A stretch of DNA of 64,000 nt from an uncultured Bacillota bacterium. Its GTDB lineage: Bacteria > Bacillota > Clostridia > Christensenellales > UBA1242. The notes beneath the pieces are model-generated. The model was not told the origin of the DNA, made no database searches, and worked only from the letters and a program-made list of their open reading frames with translations. Location: NCBI GenBank assembly GCA_949289785.1, contig CASEOW010000035.1, positions 13,851 to 77,850 of the forward strand. Direction: 5' to 3'. Shown piece by piece: positions 27,615 through 37,155 of the stretch; within the stretch, counting starts at the first letter, position 1; every line of letters starts with the position of its first letter. A program made the position numbers and the translations under genes.

Positions 27615-28622
27615 TTATTTATCTAAATAAGGTAAACCAAAATGTTTGTATGCAGGCTCTAATGCTACCCTACCTCTTGGAGTTCTAGATATAAAACCTA
27701 ATTGTAAAAGATAAGGCTCATAGACATCTTCAATAGTAGAAGAATCTTCACTTATTGTTGCGGCTAATGTTTCAAGTCCAACTGGACCACCTGCAAATTT
27801 GTTTATTATAGAAATCATAATTTTTCTGTCTATTGTATCTAGACCTAAATCGTCAATTTCCATTATTTTAAGTGTTTTATCTGTAATTGCTTTTGAAATT
27901 ATCCCTTCTCCTATAACCTGAGCATAATCTCTAACTCTTTTTAGCAATCTATTTGCTATTCTTGGAGTTCCTCTTGACCTTTTTGCAATTTCATTACAAG
28001 CATTTTCTTCAATTTCGATACCTAATATTTTAGCTGACCTTTTTATAATTATAGCCAATTCATCTTCACTATATAATTCTAGTCTGCAAATAACCCCAAA
28101 GCGATCTCTTAATGGATTTGTAAGCATTCCAGCTCTAGTTGTTGCACCAATTAATGTAAAAGGTTTTATTTTTAATCTCATATTTCTAGCACTAGGTCCT
28201 TTTCCTACAATGAAATCTAATGCAAAATCTTCCATAGCTGGATATAAAATTTCTTCAACATTTTTGTTTAATCTATGAATTTCATCTATAAATAAAACAT
28301 CGTTTTGATTTAAATTAGTAAGTATTGCTGCTAAATCTGCTGCGTGTTCTATTGCCGGTCCTGAAGTTACTTTAAATTGTGAACCTAGTTCATTAGCTAT
28401 AATATGACTTAAAGTAGTTTTACCAAGCCCTGGAGGTCCATACAATAAAACATGGTCTAGACTTTCTTTTCTAGATTTTGCCGCTTGTATATAAACTGAA
28501 AGTGCCTCTTTTACTTTGCTTTGTCCTATGTATTCATCAAAAGAATTTGGTCTTAAAGAATTTTCAATTTCAGCATCAGTCATATTTTTTGTGCTTGTAA
28601 CAAATCTATTTATATCTTCCAT
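27615..28622 (-). CDS. ruvB: Holliday junction branch migration ATPase RuvB
   Basis: Walker [10 protein letters not shown], Walker B LFIDEIHR and sensor [10 protein letters not shown]. Confidence 0.97.
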   Translation of the reverse strand: MEDINRFVTSTKNMTDAEIENSLRPNSFDEYIGQSKVKEALSVYIQAAKSRKESLDHVLLYGPPGLGKTTLSHIIANELGSQFKVTSGPAIEHAADLAAILTNLNQNDVLFIDEIHRLNKNVEEILYPAMEDFALDFIVGKGPSARNMRLKIKPFTLIGATTRAGMLTNPLRDRFGVICRLELYSEDELAIIIKRSAKILGIEIEENACNEIAKRSRGTPRIANRLLKRVRDYAQVIGEGIISKAITDKTLKIMEIDDLGLDTIDRKIMISIINKFAGGPVGLETLAATISEDSSTIEDVYEPYLLQLGFISRTPRGRVALEPAYKHFGLPYLDK

Positions 28623-29209
28623 TAGCTTTTATACCCCCTTAGAGCTTTTGATATAATTTCTTCTGCTGTTGCATTTTCACTTGCATTAGCCCTTGCTAGC
28701 ATATATGCTTCATTTTTATTAATTCCTAAGCTTATTAAAGTATCAGTAGCCATGTTTACAGCATCTTCGTCAAAAGATTCAGCAAAAGAACTATCATTTT
28801 CAGAAGTTGGTGAAATTTTATCTTTTAACTCTAGGCATATTCTTTCTGCAGTCTTTTTACCTAAACCTTTTATTTTTGATAATAATTTTGTATCTTCTTT
28901 TATTATCGCAGTTGCAAGATCTGATATAGAAAGACCAGATAAAATTTGAATTGCCATTTTAGGACCAACTCCACTGACTGTTATCAATTTATAAAACAAA
29001 TCCCTTTCTTCGTTACAAGAAAAACCATATAAAGATATTCCATCTTCTCTTACACCCATATAAGTAAATACTTTTATTGTTTCACCTATTAAAGGCAATG
29101 TAGACAAAGAATTATTTGAAATTAGTAGTTCAAAACCTACTCCTCCTACATTGATAACAATTTGATTTTCTCTTTTTTCTTCTAAAATACCTACTAAAAA
29201 CGAAATCAT
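28622..29209 (-). CDS. ruvA: Holliday junction DNA-binding protein RuvA
   Basis: OB domain followed by HhH motifs ([21 protein letters not shown]). The stop overlaps the ruvB ATG (TAATG). Confidence 0.93.
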   Translation of the reverse strand: MISFLVGILEEKRENQIVINVGGVGFELLISNNSLSTLPLIGETIKVFTYMGVREDGISLYGFSCNEERDLFYKLITVSGVGPKMAIQILSGLSISDLATAIIKEDTKLLSKIKGLGKKTAERICLELKDKISPTSENDSSFAESFDEDAVNMATDTLISLGINKNEAYMLARANASENATAEEIISKALRGYKS

Positions 29210-29250
29210 GATTTTTCCTTTTATATTGATTAATATTAAAAATATATAAA

Positions 29251-29739
29251 TTACAATCTGTTATTATTCAAAATGGAACTTGTCTGACTGTGGCAAATAG
29301 CTACTGCAAGCGCATCTGCTGCGTCATCAGGTTTTGGAATTTCATTAAGCCCTAAAATTGCCTTGACCATATATTGAATTTGAGCTTTTTCTGCCCTACC
29401 TTGTCCTGTCAATGCTTGTTTTATTTGAAGTGGTGTGTATTCAAAAATATTACCGCAATATTTTTGGCATGCAAGAACTATTACTCCTCTTGCTTGAGCT
29501 ACTTGTATGATGGTTTTTTGATTTTTAAAATAAAATAGTTCCTCAATTGCAACTACCTCTGGTTTGTACTTATCAAATAAAAACTTAAGGCTGGCGTCTA
29601 TTGTTTCCAATCTTATTGGAAGGCTATCTTCTTTAGGAGTATTGATAGCACCATAATCTACAACCATGTCAGCTTTTTCAGTGTCAATTATACCAAAACC
29701 TATTATCGCATATCCTGGGTCAATTCCTAATATTCTCAT
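29251..29739 (-). CDS. ruvC: Crossover junction endodeoxyribonuclease RuvC
   Basis: MRILGIDPG...AIEE...DAADALAVA acidic catalytic residues. Confidence 0.93.
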   Translation of the reverse strand: MRILGIDPGYAIIGFGIIDTEKADMVVDYGAINTPKEDSLPIRLETIDASLKFLFDKYKPEVVAIEELFYFKNQKTIIQVAQARGVIVLACQKYCGNIFEYTPLQIKQALTGQGRAEKAQIQYMVKAILGLNEIPKPDDAADALAVAICHSQTSSILNNNRL

Positions 29740-29852
29740 AAGTTAAATTTTACTATATAATTAGATTTAAGTCAATTGCTTTAAAAGTTTTATAATATAA
29801 ATTTGTAAAATTTATTTTATAAATATAATTTAAAATAATTAAAATCAAACAT

Positions 29853-29882
29853 AAAAAAAAGTTAAGTATTCAAACTTAAACT
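29853..29882 (-). terminator. Probable terminator after yebC
   Basis: Imperfect hairpin GTTTAAGT...ACTTAAC followed by T8 on the - strand. Confidence 0.5.
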
Positions 29883-29897
29883 TTTTCATAATAAGAT

Positions 29898-30632
29898 TTA
29901 TTCTTCTTCGTCTAAATTGACATTATGATAAACTTCTTGAACATCATCAAGGTCTTCTAATGCATCAATCATTTTGATAAATTTTTCTAATTTATCGTTC
30001 TCTAAAGTTACATAATTATCTGGAACTAAGGTTGTTTCACTATTCAACACATTGTAACCTTTATCTTTTAATTGATCTGCAAGTTTGTTATGTTCATTAG
30101 CAGGTGTTATTATTTCAAATGAATCTTCATAGTCATTTATATCAATAGCTCCCATATCCAAAACTTCCATCATGAATTCATCACTATCAATATTATTAGT
30201 TTTTTCAACTTCAACTATTCCTTTTCTTTGAAAAAGATAACTAACACAACCATTATTACCTAAACTTCCACCAAACTTATCAAAAGAATGTCTTACATCT
30301 CCAGCTGTTCTATTTTTGTTATCAGTTAAACATTCAACAATAACAGCGGAACCACCTTGACCATACCCTTCATAAGTACAACTTTCATAGTTAACGCCTG
30401 ATAATTCTCCTGCTGCTTTTTTGATACTTCTTTCAATTGTGTCGTTAGGCATATTGTTTTGTTTTGCCTTAGCAATTACATCTTTTAATTTTGGGTTAGA
30501 TACAGGATCTGAACCACCAGCTTTTACAACAACGGCAATTTCTCTACCTATTTTTGTAAATATTTTTCCTCTTGCTGCATCACTTTTTCCCTTTCTTGCT
30601 TGTATATTGTGCCATTTTGAATGTCCAGACAT
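29898..30632 (-). CDS. yebC: YebC/PmpR-family DNA-binding transcriptional regulator
   Basis: The N-terminus MSGHSKWHNIQARKG is diagnostic. Confidence 0.93.
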   Translation of the reverse strand: MSGHSKWHNIQARKGKSDAARGKIFTKIGREIAVVVKAGGSDPVSNPKLKDVIAKAKQNNMPNDTIERSIKKAAGELSGVNYESCTYEGYGQGGSAVIVECLTDNKNRTAGDVRHSFDKFGGSLGNNGCVSYLFQRKGIVEVEKTNNIDSDEFMMEVLDMGAIDINDYEDSFEIITPANEHNKLADQLKDKGYNVLNSETTLVPDNYVTLENDKLEKFIKMIDALEDLDDVQEVYHNVNLDEEE

Positions 30633-30799
30633 AACATCTCCTTTTATTTGTTATATATCAATGTTTAATAACCATTTTCAATAAACTTATTTTATATTTT
30701 TTAGAAAATTTTGTCAAATAAAATAAATTATAATTTTATACATATTATAAAAATAAATATAAAAAATAATAGTATTTATAAACCTTTTTTTTAAATTTA

Positions 30800-31525
30800 T
30801 TAAAATATGTTTTTGTTTATTTCATACATAATAATAGAACCACTGATAGCAACATTTAAACTTTCAACATCATTTTGCATAGGTATAGATATTGATTCTG
30901 AACATAAATTTCCTAATTCTTTAGAAACTCCATTTCCTTCGTTTCCAAGAATTAAACCTACCGCTTCATTAAAATTTTTTGTAAATATGTTTTTACCATC
31001 CATATCTGCTTTTATAAATTTAACATTTAATTTGTTAGAAATTTTAAGAAAGTCGTTTTTATTCATTGAATATATGTTGTTTTTAAATATTGTACCAGCA
31101 CTACTTCTAATTAATTTTGAATTATTAATTTTAACACTATCTATTAAAAATACATTATTAAATCCAGAAGCTGTAGCACTTCTTATTAAAGTTCCAACAT
31201 TTCCTGGGTCTTGTAAGTTATCTAAGATTAAAACATTACATTGAATATTAAAATCTATATTTTGTGTGTAATCTACTATACATACTACTCCTTGTGGTGT
31301 TTTACTATCTGATAATTGTTCTATAGTTTTATGTTCTACTAAATAATGAGGTATATTTTCATTCCAAATATATTTTTCTTCATTACTAACAAGAATTAAT
31401 TTTGGAGATATACCTTGCGATATTGCATCATTTATTATTTTTACATTATCCAAAAAAAGCAAAGAACAATTATCTCGTTTTTGCTTTTTTAAATCTTTAA
31501 TTAGATTATTAGATGCCTTAAGCAT
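30800..31525 (-). CDS. TrmH/SpoU-family RNA 2'-O-methyltransferase
   Basis: SpoU motifs NLQDPGNVGTLIRSA, LGNEGNGVS and IPM...ESLNVA. The start abuts the rplT stop. Confidence 0.8.
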   Translation of the reverse strand: MLKASNNLIKDLKKQKRDNCSLLFLDNVKIINDAISQGISPKLILVSNEEKYIWNENIPHYLVEHKTIEQLSDSKTPQGVVCIVDYTQNIDFNIQCNVLILDNLQDPGNVGTLIRSATASGFNNVFLIDSVKINNSKLIRSSAGTIFKNNIYSMNKNDFLKISNKLNVKFIKADMDGKNIFTKNFNEAVGLILGNEGNGVSKELGNLCSESISIPMQNDVESLNVAISGSIIMYEINKNIF

Positions 31526-31866
31526 TATTTTACTTGTCCTACTAAAGATGCAAATGCTTCAGGTTCTCTTACTGCCATATCAGCAAGAACTTTTCTGTTA
31601 AGTTCGATTCCTTTATTTTTTAAACCTGATATGAATTTAGAATAAGAGATTCCATTTTGTCTGCAAGCAGCATTAATTCTAGTAATCCAAAGAGCTCTGA
31701 AATTTCTTTTCTTAAGTTTTCTTCCAATATAAGCATATTGTCCACTGCGCATAACTTGTTGTTTAGCAGTTCTATAGAGTTTTGATTTAGCTCCTCTATA
31801 ACCTTTTGCACTTTTAAGTATTGAACGACGTTTTTTAACTGCGTTTACTGTTCTTTTAATTCTCAT
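31525..31866 (-). CDS. rplT: 50S ribosomal protein L20
   Basis: [19 protein letters not shown]...[19 protein letters not shown]. Confidence 0.97.
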   Translation of the reverse strand: MRIKRTVNAVKKRRSILKSAKGYRGAKSKLYRTAKQQVMRSGQYAYIGRKLKKRNFRALWITRINAACRQNGISYSKFISGLKNKGIELNRKVLADMAVREPEAFASLVGQVK

Positions 31867-31877
31867 AAGTCCCCCTT

Positions 31878-32072
31878 TTATTTAGCCAAAAGGGTCTTAA
31901 TGTTTTGTGTATTCTTTCCTGAAATATAAGATCCCTTTCTAAGTTTCTTTTTTACTGATTGTGATTTCTTTGTAAGGAAGTGTCCTTTTCCTGGTCTTGC
32001 AAATTTAACTTGTCCACTTGCTGTAAGTCTGAAGCGTTTTTTGCAACCACTATGTGTTTTTTGTTTTGGCAT
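31878..32072 (-). CDS. rpmI: 50S ribosomal protein L35
   Basis: [20 protein letters not shown]... Confidence 0.95.
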   Translation of the reverse strand: MPKQKTHSGCKKRFRLTASGQVKFARPGKGHFLTKKSQSVKKKLRKGSYISGKNTQNIKTLLAK

Positions 32073-32085
32073 AATTATTCTCCTT

Positions 32086-32604
32086 TTATTTTGTCTTTTT
32101 TGGGCTTATAATAACAAAAATGTTTTTACCAAGAAGTTCAGGTTCTTTTTCAGTAGTTCCGTATTCTGAAAGTCTATTTGTAAATTCTTTTACTACTTCA
32201 ATTGCTTTTTTTACATAAGCTTGTTCTCTACCTTTCATTCGTAAAGATACTTTAACCTTATTACCTTCTTTTAAAAATTTTATAGCACTAGAAATTCTAT
32301 AAGCTATGTCATGTTCTTCTATTGTCATTGACAATCTTACTTCTTTTGTTTCTATTACTTTTTGAGATTTTTTCATCTCTTTTTCTTTTTTTAAAGCATC
32401 ATATTTATATTTTCCGTAGTTAAGAAGTTTGCAAGTTGGTGGATTTGCACCGCCTGACATTTGCACAAGATCTAAACCTCTTTCGTCAGCAATAGAAAGT
32501 GCTTCATTTATTGAAACAATGCCTAATTGTTCCCCGTTTTCTCCGATTAAACGAACTTGTGATGCTTGAATTTGTTCGTTTATTAATAGTTCCTTAAAAA
32601 TGAT
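32086..32604 (-). CDS. infC: Translation initiation factor IF-3, non-AUG (AUU/AUC/AUA) start
   Basis: The ORF track starts at an internal GTG (32466). The frame stays open upstream to a TAA at 32619-32617 and encodes the IF3 N-domain (IIFKELLINEQIQASQVRLIGENGEQLGIVSINEALSIADERGLDLV). Only ATT/ATA/ATC/ATT codons (32610-32599) follow the AAAGGGG RBS, so the exact start is uncertain within 32601-32610. Confidence 0.92.
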   Translation of the reverse strand: MIFKELLINEQIQASQVRLIGENGEQLGIVSINEALSIADERGLDLVQMSGGANPPTCKLLNYGKYKYDALKKEKEMKKSQKVIETKEVRLSMTIEEHDIAYRISSAIKFLKEGNKVKVSLRMKGREQAYVKKAIEVVKEFTNRLSEYGTTEKEPELLGKNIFVIISPKKTK

Positions 32605-32772
32605 TATAATCCCCTTTTAATAAAAAATTTGGTAGAAAGCATAAAATTCCACCAAAAAACCTTCATAAAATAATTAAGTTTTTTAACCAAATCAAACTTA
32701 TAGTCGATTGGTGAGAAGTGGAACTTCTTCTTTCACGCATATTAATATATCATAAATTAATTTGTTTGTCAA
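32605..32772 (-). promoter_or_regulatory. infC-rpmI-rplT promoter and L20-type attenuator leader
   Basis: On the - strand there is a TTGACA-17-TATATT promoter (32744-32772) and hairpin GTGAAAGAAG...CTTCTCAC (32711-32736). A terminator TTGGTGGAA-(9 nt)-TTCTACCAA plus T6 lies at 32621-32655. Upstream CACCAA (32708-32713) can pair with the terminator 5' arm, giving antiterminator logic as in the B. subtilis L20 leader. Confidence 0.6.
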
Positions 32773-32803
32773 CTATTTTATTTATATTTTAATTAAATAT
32801 TTT

Positions 32804-33364
32804 TTACAAAAAATTATCAATTAAATTTGCTATTTTTAAAATTATTTTGTTAGCATTCTTCAATGCTTTTTCTTTCATTATTGCTTTAAAAAAAATACTT
32901 ATTCCTGCTATTAAAGCTGAAACTGAAATTGATATTAAAAGAATTATGTTTTGATTATTCAAGTTACTTGTAAACGCAACCACAACACAAGCGCCACTAG
33001 CTCCACATAATGTACTACAAATATCTCCTACCACATCTGCACAAAATGAACACACTTTTTCTGAATGTTTACAAAGTTTAACTGCAGTATTAGCTCCCTT
33101 TACTTTATTTTTTTCTAGTTTTAAAAAATATTCTATTTCTGCAGATGCTGCTGCTATACCTATCATATCGAAAAATACAGATATAAAAATAAAAATTGTT
33201 ATACATATAGAGGCTATTATTATTCCCATTTTGTTTAATAATGTTTGGCTTATAAAACCAAAAAATAATGATAAACAAATTGTAATGATAAACATTCTTA
33301 TAGCCCAAATATATTTTTTTAATCCGTTATAATTTTGTATTGTAGCTTTATTGTATCTTTTCAC
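32804..33364 (-). CDS. Membrane protein (186 aa) with a Cys-rich segment; function unknown
   Basis: About 4 TM helices. The segment CKHSEKVCSFCADVVGDICSTLCGASGAC is Cys-rich. There is a vague resemblance to a DUF21/CNNM-type TM module (unverified). Confidence 0.6.
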   Translation of the reverse strand: MKRYNKATIQNYNGLKKYIWAIRMFIITICLSLFFGFISQTLLNKMGIIIASICITIFIFISVFFDMIGIAAASAEIEYFLKLEKNKVKGANTAVKLCKHSEKVCSFCADVVGDICSTLCGASGACVVVAFTSNLNNQNIILLISISVSALIAGISIFFKAIMKEKALKNANKIILKIANLIDNFL

Positions 33365-33418
33365 AAAATAATATATGTTTTTTTATTTTGCTATATTCTT
33401 TAAACTCAAAATGTAATG

Positions 33419-33631
33419 TTATTCTTCTTCTAATTTTCCTAAAGATTCTTTAATTTGAAAAAGTTTTCCTTTAGTTTTATCTAATGTTGTGTAACAAAAT
33501 TCAATAAGTTCTTTAGCTTCATTTATTAATAAGTTAACATCATCTAAAGTTACATTACCACTTTCTATTAGGTCAATGATTTCATATAATCTTTTGGTAG
33601 CAGACTCATATGTTTTATTTTTATTTTCCAT
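33419..33631 (-). CDS. xseB: Exodeoxyribonuclease VII small subunit
   Basis: 70-aa helical protein (YESATKRLYEIIDLIESGNVTLDD) immediately downstream of xseA. Confidence 0.85.
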   Translation of the reverse strand: MENKNKTYESATKRLYEIIDLIESGNVTLDDVNLLINEAKELIEFCYTTLDKTKGKLFQIKESLGKLEEE

Positions 33632-33632
33632 T

Positions 33633-34808
33633 TTATTCCCCTTTTATTTGTTTTGCAATAATTTTTCCATCTTTAAAAATAATTTCAAATTCTTTATTTT
33701 TTTCCAACATGTTTTTATTTATAATTGGTTTGCTATTTTGTTCTATTTTTGTAAAGCCCATGTTTAGTATTTTATTAGGGTCTATTTTATCTAATGTTGT
33801 CTCTATTAAACCTAAGTCATATTGTTTTGTGTTGATTATATTATCAAATGAAGTTAATATTTTATGTTTAATAAAAACAAAATTTTTTTCTTTTGATAAT
33901 ATGAAATTCTCATATAAAGATGTCAGTTTTAAACTTAAATTTTGTAATTGATTTTGATTTACTTGTAAAAATTTATTTATGCTTCTCTCAAAAACTTGTG
34001 ATATTCCATTAATTTCTGCTTTTCTATCTTCCATATTGAATGTTAACAGTTCAGCTGCAGCAGAAGGTGTAGGTGCTCTCATATCACTAACAAAATCTAT
34101 TATTGTAAAATCAGTTTCATGACCTACTGCAGAAATAATTGGCTTTTTGCAATTATAAGTGCTTCTAGCCACAATTTCAGTATTATACGCCCAAAGATCT
34201 TCTAAAGAACCTCCTCCTCTAGCAACTACAACAACATCTATATTTGGATATTCGCTAAACATATCTATAGCGTGTGCAATTTCATTTTCCGCACCATTTC
34301 CTTGAACTTTTGTATTATAAAGAACAATGTCAACAGTAGGGTTTCTTCTCCAAGCTATATTTTTAATATCTTGTATTACAGCTCCATCTTTTGAAGTAAT
34401 TACTCCAATTCTATTAATTTTTTTTGGAATTTCTTTTTTATGTTTTTCATCAAACAATCCTTCATTTTGCAATGTTTCTTTTAATTTTAAAAATTTTTCA
34501 AAAAGTTCTCCTTGTCCAACTTTTTCAATATTATAAACATTAAAATTTAACTTCCCACCTTTTACATAATAATTGGGAGTTCCAACAATAATAATCTTAT
34601 TTCCTTCGATTATTTGATTAATAAAATTAGGATAAAAGCATACACATGAAAGAGAAGCTGATTCATCTTTTAGTGAAAAATATATTACATTTCTTGAAAC
34701 GCTTACACCAAAAACTTCCCCTACTACTGAGATATTGTGTAATAAGGTTTCTGATTCAAATATTTGCTTAATATATGTATTTAATTTTGAAACTGTAATT
34801 GCTTCCAT
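33633..34808 (-). CDS. xseA: Exodeoxyribonuclease VII large subunit
   Basis: N-terminal OB fold (VSKLNTYIKQIFE...ISVVGEV), catalytic core (GVITSKDGAVIQDI...ARGGGSLEDLWAYN...ISAVGHETD) and C-terminal coiled coil. Confidence 0.93.
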   Translation of the reverse strand: MEAITVSKLNTYIKQIFESETLLHNISVVGEVFGVSVSRNVIYFSLKDESASLSCVCFYPNFINQIIEGNKIIIVGTPNYYVKGGKLNFNVYNIEKVGQGELFEKFLKLKETLQNEGLFDEKHKKEIPKKINRIGVITSKDGAVIQDIKNIAWRRNPTVDIVLYNTKVQGNGAENEIAHAIDMFSEYPNIDVVVVARGGGSLEDLWAYNTEIVARSTYNCKKPIISAVGHETDFTIIDFVSDMRAPTPSAAAELLTFNMEDRKAEINGISQVFERSINKFLQVNQNQLQNLSLKLTSLYENFILSKEKNFVFIKHKILTSFDNIINTKQYDLGLIETTLDKIDPNKILNMGFTKIEQNSKPIINKNMLEKNKEFEIIFKDGKIIAKQIKGE

Positions 34809-34820
34809 AAATTACTCGAT

Positions 34821-35213
34821 TTAATTTAATTTTAAATCTTTAACAATTGAGGAAAGAACTCCATTTATAAACTTTCCACTTTTTTCAGTTGAATATTTTT
34901 TAGCTAAATTTATTACTTCATTAATTATAATTTTGACAGGAGTTTTTAAATAAATTATTTCGCATATAGCTTCACTTATTAAAGCAAGGTCCACACGATA
35001 TACTCTATCAATTTCATATCCTATAAGATGTGATTTTATAATTTGTTCAATATCATCTTTATGTGCTAAATAATTATTTATAATTTCCATTGCGAAAGTT
35101 TTATCTTCTTCTTTTTTTAATGATACAAAAAACTCTTCGTCAATATCTTTGTTACTGACGAAAAGTTTTTCAAATATTACTTGAAATGCAAGTTCTCTAG
35201 CATAAGCTCTCAT
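34821..35213 (-). CDS. nusB: Transcription antitermination factor NusB
   Basis: RELAFQVIFE...INEVINLAKKYSTEKSGKFINGVL. Confidence 0.9.
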   Translation of the reverse strand: MRAYARELAFQVIFEKLFVSNKDIDEEFFVSLKKEEDKTFAMEIINNYLAHKDDIEQIIKSHLIGYEIDRVYRVDLALISEAICEIIYLKTPVKIIINEVINLAKKYSTEKSGKFINGVLSSIVKDLKLN

Positions 35214-35587
35214 TATTGCACCTGCTCATCACATTCCACATCAAGGACATGGACATTAATTTTTCCAGGTTTAATTCCTACCATAGAACTAAGCGAATTT
35301 TTAATGTTTTCTTGAACTCTGTAAGCAATATCTGGAACATTATAACCAATATATACTTTAATATAAACATCAACATTAAGAGTCCCATTAGTATCAAATT
35401 TTATACTTACACCCTCAGTTTTAGGTTTTACTATTTTTTTTAACAATGGTAAATAACTATTTGTTAAAGAATGAACTCCATTAATTTCTTTTGTAGCAAG
35501 GTTTATGATAGATAAAAGAATATCTCTGTCTATTTCCACCTTGCCAGTCTTTTGCAATGTCTTTTTTTGTTGCTGTGTCATTATCAA
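35213..35587 (-). CDS. Asp23/Gls24-family alkaline shock protein (YqhY-like)
   Basis: EIDRDILLSIINLATKEINGVHSL...VDVYIKV..GYNVPDIAYRVQENIK. It occupies the same position upstream of nusB as B. subtilis yqhY. Confidence 0.85.
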   Translation of the reverse strand: MIMTQQQKKTLQKTGKVEIDRDILLSIINLATKEINGVHSLTNSYLPLLKKIVKPKTEGVSIKFDTNGTLNVDVYIKVYIGYNVPDIAYRVQENIKNSLSSMVGIKPGKINVHVLDVECDEQVQ

Positions 35588-35630
35588 CTCCTACTTTCTT
35601 AGTATAACACAGATTTAACATAATTTGCAA

Positions 35631-36101
35631 TTATTCTACAGGAATAATTTTGATATTTTCAATTCCTATAGAAAATTGAGACTGAATAACTGATACAATT
35701 TGTGCTACTTGAGAATCTGTGAGCTGTGCAGCTTTTACTACAGCATTCACATTAGAATCTGACATTGTAACAACACAATCTTCAAATCCTTTAGATTTTA
35801 TAAGACCTTCAATAACAAGTTCTTGCTCCATTTGTTCTACAAGTGCAAGTTTTGCGCTTTCTGCATTTTTTATTGCTTCTTCAGTTGAAGATTCATTAGC
35901 GATTATAGCATCATAATAAAGCATTTCTTGATCTCTAGTAGATTCTCTATCTGAACGATAAGTTTGGAAATAACTTGATGTGGTAGTAGTATTATCATTT
36001 TGACTTGATACTGAATTATTTAGCATAACATTCAAAAATCCTGTTACTCCAAGAAGCAAAACCATAACTGTTATAATAATTATTTTTGTTCTTTTTTTCA
36101 T
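35631..36101 (-). CDS. spoIIIAH: Stage III sporulation protein AH
   Basis: N-terminal TM anchor and C-terminal LIKSKGFEDCVV...NAVVKA..L motif region. It is the last gene of the spoIIIA operon. Confidence 0.78.
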   Translation of the reverse strand: MKKRTKIIIITVMVLLLGVTGFLNVMLNNSVSSQNDNTTTTSSYFQTYRSDRESTRDQEMLYYDAIIANESSTEEAIKNAESAKLALVEQMEQELVIEGLIKSKGFEDCVVTMSDSNVNAVVKAAQLTDSQVAQIVSVIQSQFSIGIENIKIIPVE

Positions 36102-36113
36102 AAAAATCTCCTT

Positions 36114-36659
36114 TTATTTTCCACTTATAATATTTATCTTAGAGTTATCAATTTCTATCACAGTTTGAATTATAGAAAGAATATTCATTTTAACAAATGT
36201 ATCATCAGCACCACTTGCAATTACAACTATTCCTTTAATTATTGGATAGATTTCTTCTAATAGTAAAGGTTGTCCATCAACCATTACAATAGTCTGAGAT
36301 GTAATAGTTGAACCATTTGAAGTTGTTTTTATTTCTTCTTCTGTAGCGTAAATGTATTCAAACCCTTTTTCTAAAGTAATAGCAATTTCTACATCGCCCG
36401 CACCTTTAACTTTTGTTATTACATTTTCAAGTTTATTCTCAAGAAAAGCAACATATTCCATTGAGTTTGAGTATTCTTGAGATATATTGTCGTCATTTGT
36501 AGAAGAACTTGCACCTGTGTTTTTATTTGAAGAAATTAATGAAAAATATATAATACCTACAACCAAAGCTAGTCCAACTGCTAAATATATTTCAAAGTGC
36601 TTTATCTTTTTGATTTTGTCTAAGAACATTTTAAATTTAGTTTTAAAATTATCCATCAT
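36114..36659 (-). CDS. spoIIIAG: Stage III sporulation protein AG
   Basis: Single N-terminal TM, a low-complexity linker and a C-terminal ring-forming-type domain. Assigned by operon position. Confidence 0.75.
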   Translation of the reverse strand: MMDNFKTKFKMFLDKIKKIKHFEIYLAVGLALVVGIIYFSLISSNKNTGASSSTNDDNISQEYSNSMEYVAFLENKLENVITKVKGAGDVEIAITLEKGFEYIYATEEEIKTTSNGSTITSQTIVMVDGQPLLLEEIYPIIKGIVVIASGADDTFVKMNILSIIQTVIEIDNSKINIISGK

Positions 36660-37146
36660 ATAAGATTGCCTCCTCGTCTATATCTACAACAGTCATAATT
36701 ATATTAGATATATCTTTCTTTATCTTCGTTATATTGTTATGCTCTGCATTTTCAGATATTACTAAATCAGATAAATCGACATAAATAGACTTAAATTGCA
36801 TTGCATTATCAAAAATATCACAATTTAAATATACTGAAACATTTTTATATCCCCTTTCTTCTACTTTATTTTCTATTGTTTCTTTTATACCATTCATTTT
36901 GTCAATGTTGACTTGATAAAGATAATCACTATCTATTTCATATATTTCATTATTAAATATATTAGAGAAATCAAAATCCTTATTTAATAATTTTGGAATA
37001 GGCATAATTACTATTAAAATAACTAAAAAAGAAAGAACACCTTTTATATATCTATTCATTTGTCCGTTAGGTAATAAAAGTTCTATTATTACAGAGATAC
37101 ATATAATTCCTGCAATAGATAAAATCCAACCTGAAATTTGCTCCAT
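36649..37146 (-). CDS. spoIIIAF: Stage III sporulation protein AF
   Basis: Two N-terminal TM helices plus a soluble domain. Assigned by operon position; it overlaps AG by 11 nt. Confidence 0.72.
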   Translation of the reverse strand: MEQISGWILSIAGIICISVIIELLLPNGQMNRYIKGVLSFLVILIVIMPIPKLLNKDFDFSNIFNNEIYEIDSDYLYQVNIDKMNGIKETIENKVEERGYKNVSVYLNCDIFDNAMQFKSIYVDLSDLVISENAEHNNITKIKKDISNIIMTVVDIDEEAILYDG

Positions 37147-37155
37147 ATACGCTCC

